Shown: positions 54,888 through 64,000 of the stretch, piece after piece
How positions within the stretch are numbered: the stretch's first letter is position 1
Layout of the letters: every line of letters begins with the position of its first letter
Virus record (IMG/VR): IMGVR_UViG_3300025099_000016
Coordinates: 8,098 to 72,097 of that record
Source of the DNA: a virus
Lineage: Duplodnaviria > Caudoviricetes
DNA: 64,000 nucleotides
Strand: one strand, 5' to 3'
Program-made: the position numbers and the translations under genes
The notes under the pieces: generated by a model
Database searches by the model: none
The model's input: only the letters and a program-made list of their open reading frames with translations
What the model was told of the DNA's origin: nothing

Positions 54888-56191
54888 TATATAATTCTTT
54901 TAAATTGTACATCTAAGTTAGAGTAGTCAACTGTTTCAAAGCCACTACCGTGAACGTGAGATGCTTGAGGAACTTCGTCAGACATAACACCTTGATAAAC
55001 TCCTTCGCCAAACGATTTGTCTATATACTCGAAAGTATATATGTTTAAACCACTAGGTGAAGTACCTATTTTATTAATATTCTTTTTTAATCTTCTATCA
55101 GAGAATATACTACCTATACCACTAACCATGCCACTGATAGCACTACTCTGTTGTGCTTGACCTGCAGCAACCTGCTCTTGATAGCCAGCCATTTGTTGTT
55201 GAGACATACCCATCAAAGTAGCCGCCTGATCCATCTGCATTTGGCTAGACCACTGCTGACCCTGAGCTACCTGGCTCTGTATGTCCATACCTGCACCAGC
55301 TTCTGCCATAAGTGCTTGTCCTCCAAAACCCGCTTGCTGCATTTGTAAGTTGGTAGCCCCCTGAGCTTCTTGAGTTTGAAGTTGGTTTGCCATTTGAGCT
55401 TGTGCCATTTGTAAGTTTGAGCCCTCACCGGCTTGCGCCATTTGTAATTGACTACCTTGTTGAGCAGCCGCCATTTGTAGGCTAGCCGCTTGTTGAGCTT
55501 CTGCGCTTTGTAATCTACTAGCCTCACCCTTCTGCAATCCCTGTATTCTAGCAGCTTCTTGAGCTTTAGCTCTTTCGTTAGCAGACTCCTGTTGACCAAT
55601 ACTAGCAGAGGCTTGTTGTGAAGCTAGCTGACCCGATTGAGCCATTTGTTGTGCTAACGCTGCTACACCGCTGCCACCGGCTGATTGTTTCATGTTAGCC
55701 ATTATGTTAGCCCTCTGTTGTTGACCTTGCTGCGCTTCGAATTGAGCTTGCTTTTGATCAACTGTTAAGTCTTCCATAGTATTCTCCATGCCTTCATACA
55801 TATTCTTCTGGTTAGACATAGTATTAGTTAATCCAGCCATAGTATTCTCTAAACCAGCGTACTGATTTTGTAGACCACTCATAGTATTCTGCATGCCAGC
55901 ATACTGGTTTTGTAAACCGGCATAGGGATTTTCCATACCAGAGTAGGTGTTCTGCATATTAGCAAAAGGGTTTGTAGTGTCTACATTTTGAAAATCTTGT
56001 TGTTGTTGATTGAATTGTGATTGAGCTTGGTTAAAACCAGATTGGGCTTGGTTTTCAGCACTCTGCCCACCGAAATAATTAACAGCTCCACCAATAAGAG
56101 CTGCACCACCTGCTATAGCAGCACCTACTCCAAAAGTTGCATGTTGAACTATTGGCTCAGTAGCAAGACTAATAACTTCTAATAAAAGCAT
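54887..56191 (-). CDS. Gln-rich ejection/pilot protein with a C-terminal peptidase S74 chaperone domain
   Basis: Gly/Ala N-terminus GAAIAGGAALIGG, heptad and 11-aa repeats, FSDRRLKKNI..GVMSDEV. Confidence 0.7.
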   Translation of the reverse strand: MLLLEVISLATEPIVQHATFGVGAAIAGGAALIGGAVNYFGGQSAENQAQSGFNQAQSQFNQQQQDFQNVDTTNPFANMQNTYSGMENPYAGLQNQYAGMQNTMSGLQNQYAGLENTMAGLTNTMSNQKNMYEGMENTMEDLTVDQKQAQFEAQQGQQQRANIMANMKQSAGGSGVAALAQQMAQSGQLASQQASASIGQQESANERAKAQEAARIQGLQKGEASRLQSAEAQQAASLQMAAAQQGSQLQMAQAGEGSNLQMAQAQMANQLQTQEAQGATNLQMQQAGFGGQALMAEAGAGMDIQSQVAQGQQWSSQMQMDQAATLMGMSQQQMAGYQEQVAAGQAQQSSAISGMVSGIGSIFSDRRLKKNINKIGTSPSGLNIYTFEYIDKSFGEGVYQGVMSDEVPQASHVHGSGFETVDYSNLDVQFKRII

Positions 56192-56192
56192 A

Positions 56193-56771
56193 TTATTCTA
56201 TTTTTAAATTAATTTTTTTTAAAGTTTCTATCACATCTATACTAGGCGGAAGATCCTCATATTTTGAGCACACTACATCTTTAGTAACTTCTTCTATAGT
56301 AGTTTTGTCTGTAGCATGCACCGTTATGAATACACAGTTCTCGTGTACATATATTATTCTCTTTGTTCCAGGTTTTGTTATACCGTGGTATGGAGCTCTA
56401 ATATGTTGTATACCTTTCTCTGTCAATACAGATATGTAACCAGTCATAACAAAAAACGGATGGTTTTTCATGTGGATTTTAGTAGTACATATTTGACCAG
56501 CAGGCATGTATATTCTCCTAACGTATTGACCGTCAGTGAATTCGTGAGTTAAAGGGTTTAACTTATCGAAGTCATCCCCAACCAAAGCACCGTTCTCTAT
56601 CATAGTGTCTTCGACTTCAGTTATCTTATCCCTAAAATCTAACCTACTCTGTATCTCTAAGTCTAAACTCCAGTCTTCATTAAATTCATTTATAGGTTCT
56701 ATACCTAGCTCGTTGACCATATAATCAAACTGCTCTCTAGGTTCCTTTACAATTAAATTGTTATCCTCCAT
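56193..56771 (-). CDS. cupin-like protein
   Basis: HEFTDGQYVR..G....KIH...HPFFV..G. Confidence 0.6.
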   Translation of the reverse strand: MEDNNLIVKEPREQFDYMVNELGIEPINEFNEDWSLDLEIQSRLDFRDKITEVEDTMIENGALVGDDFDKLNPLTHEFTDGQYVRRIYMPAGQICTTKIHMKNHPFFVMTGYISVLTEKGIQHIRAPYHGITKPGTKRIIYVHENCVFITVHATDKTTIEEVTKDVVCSKYEDLPPSIDVIETLKKINLKIE

Positions 56772-56797
56772 TTAATTTCATTACATTTACTTGTTAA

Positions 56798-56826
56798 TAT
56801 AATCACAGTTATACTATCTTATTTAC
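56798..56826 (-). promoter_or_regulatory. class L promoter candidate heading the ejection-protein operon
   Basis: Minus strand GTAAAT-N17(ending TGTG)-ATTATA. Confidence 0.65.
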
Positions 56827-57184
56827 TGCTTTCATTAACCTCTAAGCCTATAGAAAATAGTTCAGAACTTCCATTAAATGAGTTATTAGTAAACTTAACC
56901 TCAGCGTAGTAACCTTTAATAGAAGATGTGTTCACAATGTTATTCTTCCCGAAAAAGAAAAAGCTAGCGCTAGCATCTGGCCAGCTTTGAAGAGGAGGTA
57001 TTTCACATACTACCTCGTAGCCACCGCCAAGTCGTGTAGAAATATCTTTTATTCTACCTAACTTCGTTACAGAGTAACTTCCTACGGTAAACTCACTAGT
57101 GTTAGTTACTTCAGTATAATACATAGTGTCACCAACCTGTGCAGATGCGTTTATATTATCAAAAATTAAATGTAATGCTGGCAT
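56819..57184 (-). CDS. small tail protein
   Basis: C-terminal SSIKGYYAEVKFTN..ELFS motif. Confidence 0.55.
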   Translation of the reverse strand: MPALHLIFDNINASAQVGDTMYYTEVTNTSEFTVGSYSVTKLGRIKDISTRLGGGYEVVCEIPPLQSWPDASASFFFFGKNNIVNTSSIKGYYAEVKFTNNSFNGSSELFSIGLEVNESSK

Positions 57185-57191
57185 ATACTTA

Positions 57192-60100
57192 TTATGAATG
57201 GTTAAATATTTCAGTTAAATCTAAATTGTATGTTTGGCTTTGTTTACCAAATTTAACGTATCTTACTCTACCAGTAACTGTAGCGTAATTACTCTCTGTT
57301 CCAGACAACCCCCTACCTATATGTGCCGTTATTGAAGAGAAAACAACATGATCCTTATTGTCAACAACTTTAGGTGTTATAATAGAACTATTAAGCGTTT
57401 CAGAATCAATAATTACACTACCTATAGAGAGAGAGCTATGAGACTTTAATGAAGTTGTATTAGCGCTTAGAGTAAAAGTAGTAGGACTTGTTACTGACGT
57501 GATGAAAGCTCCGCTTGGTATACCATCACCGTACACTAGCATACCAGGTGTTATAACGTTTTCACCTGAATGTGTTATAGTACTGGCGTTGTTATTAAAT
57601 GATATATTTTTAAGCTCAGCCACTGTGTTTATCCACCTTGGGTTTATAGAAAATACACCTGACTTTGTTACTCTTATTTCAAAATTAACACTCTTATCGC
57701 TTTGATTTATAAAAGTCATATCGTCTACCATAGAGAGAGCTGTACCTAAAGCCTTGTCACTACTAAAACCTAGCCTAGGCACGTCGCTAATATCGTAACC
57801 AGGGTCATAATTCCAATCTGACTCCTTAGTTATTGACATACTAATGTCAACTTTAGGATATTGAAAAATATCCATCTTGACATAACTGTTAGTGGAGTTA
57901 GAAGTTGCAGATCTATCACCTAGTCTACCCGCTGTACTTTTCATTACGGTAGAAACTTTAGTGTCTAGTTTGTTCACGGGTTTTACAGTAAGTTCAAAAG
58001 TCTTCCACCCAGAAGTGCGTGATATTGATTCTATATACGGTAATTTGAGCCTTGTCCTACCGTCTCGTCCGATAGCATATACGGTGTCACTGTCTAACTC
58101 AAACCCCTTAAACCAACCACCATTTAGTATAGTATTGTTTGGAGAGTCTGACATTGTTGACCTAGTATTACCACTGGCCTCAACTTCTATATTTTCAACC
58201 TCTCTCATTAAGACTTCGAACTCCGCGTTGGGATCACCCTTAACTTCGATGTAAGCATCGGAGTTTGAGCTTAACCCACCTGGTCCTATTATGTAACTAC
58301 CACTATCACTAACATTACCTAAGTGAAGATTTACATCAGTTATCTCTAACCTATCTTTCTTACCGTTATTTCTAACGAGTGCATTGGTGAAATTTCTAGG
58401 AGGAACGTTTCCAAACGTTCTGAGGTAACCGTCACCAATCCAATATTCACCTAATGGCCAATCTTCGATTGGTTCAGTAGACCCTTCGCTGACCTGCCAA
58501 AAATGTTTCGATAGATAACCACCTAACTCTAGAATTTGTCGCCAGTTTAAGCGATTCCATTTGAACCTAGTAGATAAACCTAATACTCTGGAACTAAGCT
58601 TCATTCTTGGTATCCCCGAATTATCGCTAATTATAGGATTTATTGTACTTAAAGTGTGAGCACCGTCCGGGAATATAATTACGGGATTCGAAATATCTTC
58701 TATGATAAATTCCTCAAAGCTTGCCTGGTCAGCCCTATTACCGTCTTCCGTATAGTAAATATCAAACGATATAGTTCTATAGAAATTAGACAGAGCTTCG
58801 GTTGTAAACTGATAAGCTGCTATAGTATTAGGGTATAATTGTTCAATATCCTCGTCGTCGAATGCCTCACCCATTGCAGTGTATATGCTTGTTAACTCAG
58901 CAACACTAGGGTCTATAGACAATGTAGATCCAACCTGCCCGAGAGGTGTGTTTATTTTACCAAAACTTGCTCCCCATGTATTTTGATTAAAAGGTGGCGG
59001 GGCGGCGACGTATGTGTTAGTATCCGCATCTAATAAACCTTCTGTCTCGAACATGTATTGATTTTGAATCGCACTTCTCTGCCAACCATCTGGTGCCCAC
59101 TTTTCCCAAAGATCTTTTCTTTTTTCTACCCTAAAACCTCCATCATAGTCGTCCGAGGTGTTGTGTTGTATAACTTTTATAACTTCGTGTTCTGTTATAT
59201 CAGTGCTTTGCTCTACTGGCTCAAATGCACCCTCTTTTTCTCCCCAGTTAGGAAACCACGCGAACGGGTGTAGATCTAAGTGCCAATAAAGCTGTTTACT
59301 CCAGTTAGATAAAGATTCTGAGGCTATATCAACTGCGTTATCAATTTCTGATTGATTTAAGTCATTAATAACCCCACTTGAACTCCACGCTAAAGCGGTT
59401 TGAACGACTAAGCTAGTATCGTTAGGACTTGTCGAGACCGAGCCCGAATACTCCAAATAAGAAGAAGAGTCTGGGTATTGCGGAGCAGTAAAAGCAACGT
59501 AATTCATATCTCTAATACTCCACTGTTCGTTTAAACTAAAAATACCCTCAAACCTAGCTCCGCTTGATATTGGTGGAAGATCACATATACTTCTATGGTC
59601 ATACCTTTCTCGTCTCGCAGTACTAATCAAACCAGTTGGACCATCCGCTCGCCAATTATCGTTATCAACCGTCCCAATACCATAGCGCCCTGTAAGAAAA
59701 CTATTAGGACTTGCATCAAACCCATGCTTAGTTAAACCACCATCGAAATTATTATCTAATTCTGGTTGTATTCCTGTGTGTCTATGCCAACCAAAAACTC
59801 TACCATAATTATCAAATTTACCATCAATCCAATCCTGATAAGTTGCTTGGGGAGAGGTACCATAATACCCATAACCCATTTCACCTGAAGTGCCTTCAGA
59901 GGTTGACGTGTGAGGCATGTACAAATCTTGATGTAACTTTAAAGTTATAGTACCAACTTTCTGTTCAACTCCTACTTTACAGTGTAAACCTACATGTATA
60001 ACGTCCTTTCTAGCTCTTTCTATAAATTTATTTTGATCTGACTCATGGAAATATTGATCATCCACGTCCTCCACCCTAGCTACATCCCCATCATTAATGT

Positions 60101-60815
60101 TTGTATCTTCTTCGTTTTGAGTCTTATGAAAATGGGTGCTGTTAAAGTGAATTGGTTCATTATCTAGATAGTCAAGTGCTGGAGTAAAAATTATACTATC
60201 CTCTTGGAATTTTAATGGCTTCTTGTTTTTAAAACAATCCTCCCATTTATCACCAGCATTAGTGTCCCAACCTTCAGTGAGATTGCTATCGCTAGGTTCC
60301 ATTGCTAAAGCCCAATCACTTGAAATTGTTGTATCTCCACCACTAGGTGAAGAGAGTACAGCTGTAGCGAAATCGTTAACCAGTGATAACGTAACGAATC
60401 TCACACCAAATTCCTGTGCGTCGCCATATATATCTATTTCTACAATCCCATTTCCATTCCCGAAATCATCTATGTTTGTGTCATCCAACCTCACTGTACA
60501 GATAACAGTGTTATCCGCGGCTAATGGAGCACCTGAATCTTCAAAAGTAACACTCTCAATAGGCGCGCCAACCTCGTAACCATAAGCCGATGCTGCTACA
60601 CACCAACCTAAATCAGGTGTTATAACCAACGTGAACTCTCTGTTGTCCCCCGCTAAAGGTTGATTGACATCCCCGTTACCAGCATTTATAACTATATCAG
60701 AGTTTATACCATCACCAGTGGCTAGATCGTATTCTCCACCTGCTCCCAACGGTGATATAAAACTATCTCTAATAGTAGCGTTGGTTATGTTGTTAGTTCT
60801 TAATGATATTGCCAT
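57192..60815 (-). CDS. large tail / appendage protein
   Basis: 1207 aa, acidic and beta-rich, in the tail module. Confidence 0.6.
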   Translation of the reverse strand: MAISLRTNNITNATIRDSFISPLGAGGEYDLATGDGINSDIVINAGNGDVNQPLAGDNREFTLVITPDLGWCVAASAYGYEVGAPIESVTFEDSGAPLAADNTVICTVRLDDTNIDDFGNGNGIVEIDIYGDAQEFGVRFVTLSLVNDFATAVLSSPSGGDTTISSDWALAMEPSDSNLTEGWDTNAGDKWEDCFKNKKPLKFQEDSIIFTPALDYLDNEPIHFNSTHFHKTQNEEDTNINDGDVARVEDVDDQYFHESDQNKFIERARKDVIHVGLHCKVGVEQKVGTITLKLHQDLYMPHTSTSEGTSGEMGYGYYGTSPQATYQDWIDGKFDNYGRVFGWHRHTGIQPELDNNFDGGLTKHGFDASPNSFLTGRYGIGTVDNDNWRADGPTGLISTARRERYDHRSICDLPPISSGARFEGIFSLNEQWSIRDMNYVAFTAPQYPDSSSYLEYSGSVSTSPNDTSLVVQTALAWSSSGVINDLNQSEIDNAVDIASESLSNWSKQLYWHLDLHPFAWFPNWGEKEGAFEPVEQSTDITEHEVIKVIQHNTSDDYDGGFRVEKRKDLWEKWAPDGWQRSAIQNQYMFETEGLLDADTNTYVAAPPPFNQNTWGASFGKINTPLGQVGSTLSIDPSVAELTSIYTAMGEAFDDEDIEQLYPNTIAAYQFTTEALSNFYRTISFDIYYTEDGNRADQASFEEFIIEDISNPVIIFPDGAHTLSTINPIISDNSGIPRMKLSSRVLGLSTRFKWNRLNWRQILELGGYLSKHFWQVSEGSTEPIEDWPLGEYWIGDGYLRTFGNVPPRNFTNALVRNNGKKDRLEITDVNLHLGNVSDSGSYIIGPGGLSSNSDAYIEVKGDPNAEFEVLMREVENIEVEASGNTRSTMSDSPNNTILNGGWFKGFELDSDTVYAIGRDGRTRLKLPYIESISRTSGWKTFELTVKPVNKLDTKVSTVMKSTAGRLGDRSATSNSTNSYVKMDIFQYPKVDISMSITKESDWNYDPGYDISDVPRLGFSSDKALGTALSMVDDMTFINQSDKSVNFEIRVTKSGVFSINPRWINTVAELKNISFNNNASTITHSGENVITPGMLVYGDGIPSGAFITSVTSPTTFTLSANTTSLKSHSSLSIGSVIIDSETLNSSIITPKVVDNKDHVVFSSITAHIGRGLSGTESNYATVTGRVRYVKFGKQSQTYNLDLTEIFNHS

Positions 60816-60818
60816 ATC

Positions 60819-63800
60819 TTATATTTCATCAATGTAAATTAATTTATTTGGTAGTGGAGGGTACGTGCACGAGCCATCATCGGTATCTGCGTTAGGGTTA
60901 TAGTTATCTGCTGTAGGATCCGTGCATCCGTAGACTAAGTACTCACAACAAGAATCGCACTGATCATCAAACCGAGGGGAATATTGCACAAATGTACCGT
61001 CTTCCTGTTCGTGGCTAACACTTAAGCTTACATCTCCTTTATCCATGTAATTAGCAGCATTAGTATCGTAACAACCTTGATACACACATGCGTTACCACT
61101 ATAGTAACCATTATCTACATATAAAGCGTTTATTGTTGCGTCAACATTGTAGTTTGTTGCGTCCGGATCCATACATCCCAATACATCATAAGTACACGAT
61201 CCATCACTAACATTTGCATTTACATTATAGTTATTTGCATTTGGATCTGTACACCCATCAATCCATTGAATACAAGATCCATCGTCTACAGTATTACTAG
61301 GAATGTGATTTACAGCATCAGTAAAAGGGTAATCACCTAAAAGAATGTTACAACCTATTACGTGTAGGTTCACACACGGATTAGTTATATTATCATTGAT
61401 GTTTACTTGATTAACAGTAGCGTTAGGGTTATATTCCTGGTAGCTATCATCCATGCAGCCGTATATGTTATCATCTATACATTCACCAGGAGAGTTAGCA
61501 TTCTCATTGTAGTTACTGTACAATGGATCCATGCATCCTATAACTTTTTGTATACAACTACTATCATCTAGCGTCGCACTAGGGTTAGCGTTTATAACTT
61601 CGCTAAATGGGTATGTAGCATTAGAAGCGTTTGGGTTACACCCAAATGTGTGGAGCTCTCCACAAGGGTCGCTAGTATCCTCGCAACTAACCTGGTTGAC
61701 AGTCGCTAACTCGTTATAGTTTTGATAACTTGCATCAGTGCATCCATACACTTTAGTGTAAATACAAGTCCCATCAGAAGTGTTAGCATACGCATTATAA
61801 TTATCCGCACATGAATCCATACATCCAAGAACAGGTGGAGTACTCATAGATCTAACCATACCAACACCTTGTAAATTACTAGGATCAATCACTACATTTC
61901 CAAACACAGGAATTGGTGCGACTGCATCTCCATCGCCAGTAATGTTAGAGAACCACTTACCCTCTTTCTCTCTAAAATCAATAACATTACCTTTTCCTAA
62001 GTCTGTACTAATGCTATCTACTCTCCAACCGGCTCTACTGTTTAAGTTATAATACTCACCATCGCTAACCCAGCTGTTTAAGTTATTATAAGATACATTA
62101 TTACCGTTAACGTCTACAACTACGGCTTCTTCTGCGAATTTCTCAATATAAGCTTGACTACCCTCGTAGTCCATAGCAACAAAGTTTTTAATTATATTTG
62201 GTTGCTCATTAAATACGACGTTAATACTAGATTCCACGGGGTCTAAGTCGTAGAATTCACAATGATTAGGTGCGATTATTGCTGGCCTCGAATATCCAGT
62301 TGAAGCATCACCCATATACGCTGGAATGGTGTTTGTCACGTGATGTAGCCATATATAACCATCATAAGCAGTTAAGTAATCTGAGTTTATAGAGCAACCA
62401 GACTCTTGAACCCAAGATTTAAAACTAGTCCAACCTTTATTTCTTTCGTTAAACGATATTGTTTTATTATAGTAACTATTGCTATGTATTATGGATATGT
62501 TGTAATCACCTTTAACTTCATCAAAAGAACCTATGATTTTCTTAGAGTCGACTAGGTTATCCCTAAACCAATCCTTCATACCTATATCAGATATTACAGT
62601 TAATCCATCTTGAGATAACCTGAGAACCTTGTTTCTATGATTGTCAACAAAATACATTCTATAACCATCAACGGCTAGCGACTCTGGGGTATTAGATATA
62701 CCGTAATCACCAGCGTAAGCGATGGAGTTACCAAGAATCACATTAGAAGACGTTATGTTAGAACTGCCATCAGCATTATATAAAGCATCTTTATTCGCTA
62801 ATATCTTTAAAACTTTATCCTCACAGAATGTAATTAAATTAGTGTCCCTACTTTTTAACGCCATTATAGGTCCATAAGAAGGATTAATGTCCTTCGTTAT
62901 AGGCTCAGCCATATTAAATTGATTAAGATCATTAATACCACTAGTGGAGTTGTATATTCCAGAGTGTATTAAACCGTTAGTCCTAATCTCTTTACCATAC
63001 GAGTCTAGAGTAGTAGAAACTTTAACACCATTATTGATGTAAGGCGCGTTGTAGTCATCTCTAATTCTATTAGACTCTAAACCATTACCAAAAGAATAGC
63101 AGTTAAACCAGGGGAGTGTTATACTATTGGTATGTAAGGAGTCATCTAATCTGTAGTATCCAGTTATTCTATGCAGATTGACAATGAAATGATGAGGCAC
63201 GTTCATACCGGCAGGGTTATATTCTCCAATATTCTCCTGCCAACCCCATGCACTATACCAATCAGCACCTGATTCATTCAAACTGTTAGGAAATACATGT
63301 GTAGTTTCTAGTTCAAAAGCCTCTTCACTAGCATCAAACTGCATACCAGTAACATATAAGTTAGCCTCTATACTCACGTTACCATTATATGAGTTAGCAA
63401 TCTCCATTCGCCATATAGAACGCTGTGATCCAGAAGTGTTAACAGTTTGCTGTAATTTATCCAACATCGCGCCGCCTTGCGCTAAGAATATTTTTACACT
63501 ACCTCCCTGAGGGTTGTTAGCATCTTGAGGTTCCATAACGTATACAGGTACATCGTAGTAAGACTCAGCTGGTCTATAAGGAGCGTCAGATGCGTTGGAA
63601 GCAGCAACTGTTGGTAACCAATGATCTTTCACTATACCTTCAGTCATCGTCCCGTCTGGTCTTTCAAACTTTAACTTATTACCTACTGTTAAAGGTATGG
63701 GTTCTACTTCTCCTATTTCTCTACCAATACCAATCACATCTCTAGATAAAGTGTTTACGAAAGCATCACCACCATCAACGTTTAAATAATTATCATAAAC

Positions 63801-64000
63801 TTGCTCGTAAACACCCCCACTTCCTTCTATTATAGAAAAAGGTTTCACCTTAGAGTATAGAGGTATGTAATTCTCTATAGTATCCTCCTTCAACTTCATG
63901 GGTATAGCATCTGATACTTCATAGTATAAGTCTAGTCCTACATCTTCTTTTGGTTCAGTTTCCCATATAGCATTACCACCGTTGTTATTACTTGGTGTGT
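60819..64000 (-). CDS. tail tubular B / nozzle-like protein with C-terminal Cys repeats (5'-truncated by the window)
   Basis: Frame stays open from the track start (63899) to the window edge (AIWETEPKEDVGLDLYYE); ESNRIRDDYN..GLIHSGIYNS beta-propeller-like core. Confidence 0.7.
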   Translation of the reverse strand, partial: TPSNNNGGNAIWETEPKEDVGLDLYYEVSDAIPMKLKEDTIENYIPLYSKVKPFSIIEGSGGVYEQVYDNYLNVDGGDAFVNTLSRDVIGIGREIGEVEPIPLTVGNKLKFERPDGTMTEGIVKDHWLPTVAASNASDAPYRPAESYYDVPVYVMEPQDANNPQGGSVKIFLAQGGAMLDKLQQTVNTSGSQRSIWRMEIANSYNGNVSIEANLYVTGMQFDASEEAFELETTHVFPNSLNESGADWYSAWGWQENIGEYNPAGMNVPHHFIVNLHRITGYYRLDDSLHTNSITLPWFNCYSFGNGLESNRIRDDYNAPYINNGVKVSTTLDSYGKEIRTNGLIHSGIYNSTSGINDLNQFNMAEPITKDINPSYGPIMALKSRDTNLITFCEDKVLKILANKDALYNADGSSNITSSNVILGNSIAYAGDYGISNTPESLAVDGYRMYFVDNHRNKVLRLSQDGLTVISDIGMKDWFRDNLVDSKKIIGSFDEVKGDYNISIIHSNSYYNKTISFNERNKGWTSFKSWVQESGCSINSDYLTAYDGYIWLHHVTNTIPAYMGDASTGYSRPAIIAPNHCEFYDLDPVESSINVVFNEQPNIIKNFVAMDYEGSQAYIEKFAEEAVVVDVNGNNVSYNNLNSWVSDGEYYNLNSRAGWRVDSISTDLGKGNVIDFREKEGKWFSNITGDGDAVAPIPVFGNVVIDPSNLQGVGMVRSMSTPPVLGCMDSCADNYNAYANTSDGTCIYTKVYGCTDASYQNYNELATVNQVSCEDTSDPCGELHTFGCNPNASNATYPFSEVINANPSATLDDSSCIQKVIGCMDPLYSNYNENANSPGECIDDNIYGCMDDSYQEYNPNATVNQVNINDNITNPCVNLHVIGCNILLGDYPFTDAVNHIPSNTVDDGSCIQWIDGCTDPNANNYNVNANVSDGSCTYDVLGCMDPDATNYNVDATINALYVDNGYYSGNACVYQGCYDTNAANYMDKGDVSLSVSHEQEDGTFVQYSPRFDDQCDSCCEYLVYGCTDPTADNYNPNADTDDGSCTYPPLPNKLIYIDEI
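60860..61835 (-). repeat. ten GC[TM]D..A.NY..A..DDGSC disulfide-type repeats
   Basis: Counted in the translation; units 2-3 and 5-6 look like a duplicated pair. Confidence 0.85.

Noticed and set aside
635-61719. Numerous 60-130 aa track ORFs antisense to or nested in long genes (e.g. 635-832, 3644-4006, 13435-13794, 50330-50710)
   Set aside because: Shadow ORFs opposite well-supported genes, with no leader or promoter and Ser/Leu/Phe-biased composition.
1-64000. Integrase, repressor, transposase, intron or intein
   Set aside because: No such motifs were recognised; terL, nrdA, nrdB and the helicase have uninterrupted, normal-length frames.

Overview
This window is 64 kb of an AT-rich, apparently lytic dsDNA tailed-phage genome with a podovirus-like gene set. 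The host is probably a marine Bacteroidota (Flavobacteriia), inferred from Shine-Dalgarno-free A/T-rich start contexts, the compact NrdAB and the GCTDP repeats. Positions 1-14.5 kb (minus strand) are the head/packaging module: major capsid, scaffold, portal, terminase, holin, GroEL/GroES and basic internal proteins. Positions 14.5-16.4 kb are a divergence region with a ~520-bp C-rich/G-quadruplex-prone tract, TGTGACA..TGTCACA elements and a TGACA iteron array (candidate origin or terminus). Positions 15.3-36.5 kb (plus strand) hold many small early ORFs, tRNA-Arg(UCU), two tRNA-like RNAs, DNA ligase, a UV-repair glycosylase, a sigma70-family factor, ERF/exonuclease/SSB, primase-helicase, a T4 gp42-like dCMP hydroxymethylase with MazG-type neighbours, a resolvase and class I RNR. 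No DNA polymerase was recognised. Positions 36.7-64 kb (minus strand) carry PhoH, an M15 endolysin, tail fibres, a 2992-aa ejection protein, other ejection proteins and tail proteins; the last CDS is truncated by the window edge. The main lead is a possible two-sigma transcription cascade. There are two phage-specific promoter classes with 17-bp spacing (12 early copies, 6 middle/late copies), a free sigma gene, and a second sigma70-like domain apparently embedded beside a zincin protease in the giant virion protein, which also carries a Pnkp-like kinase-phosphatase. All protein family calls come from motif reading only; no database searches were run.
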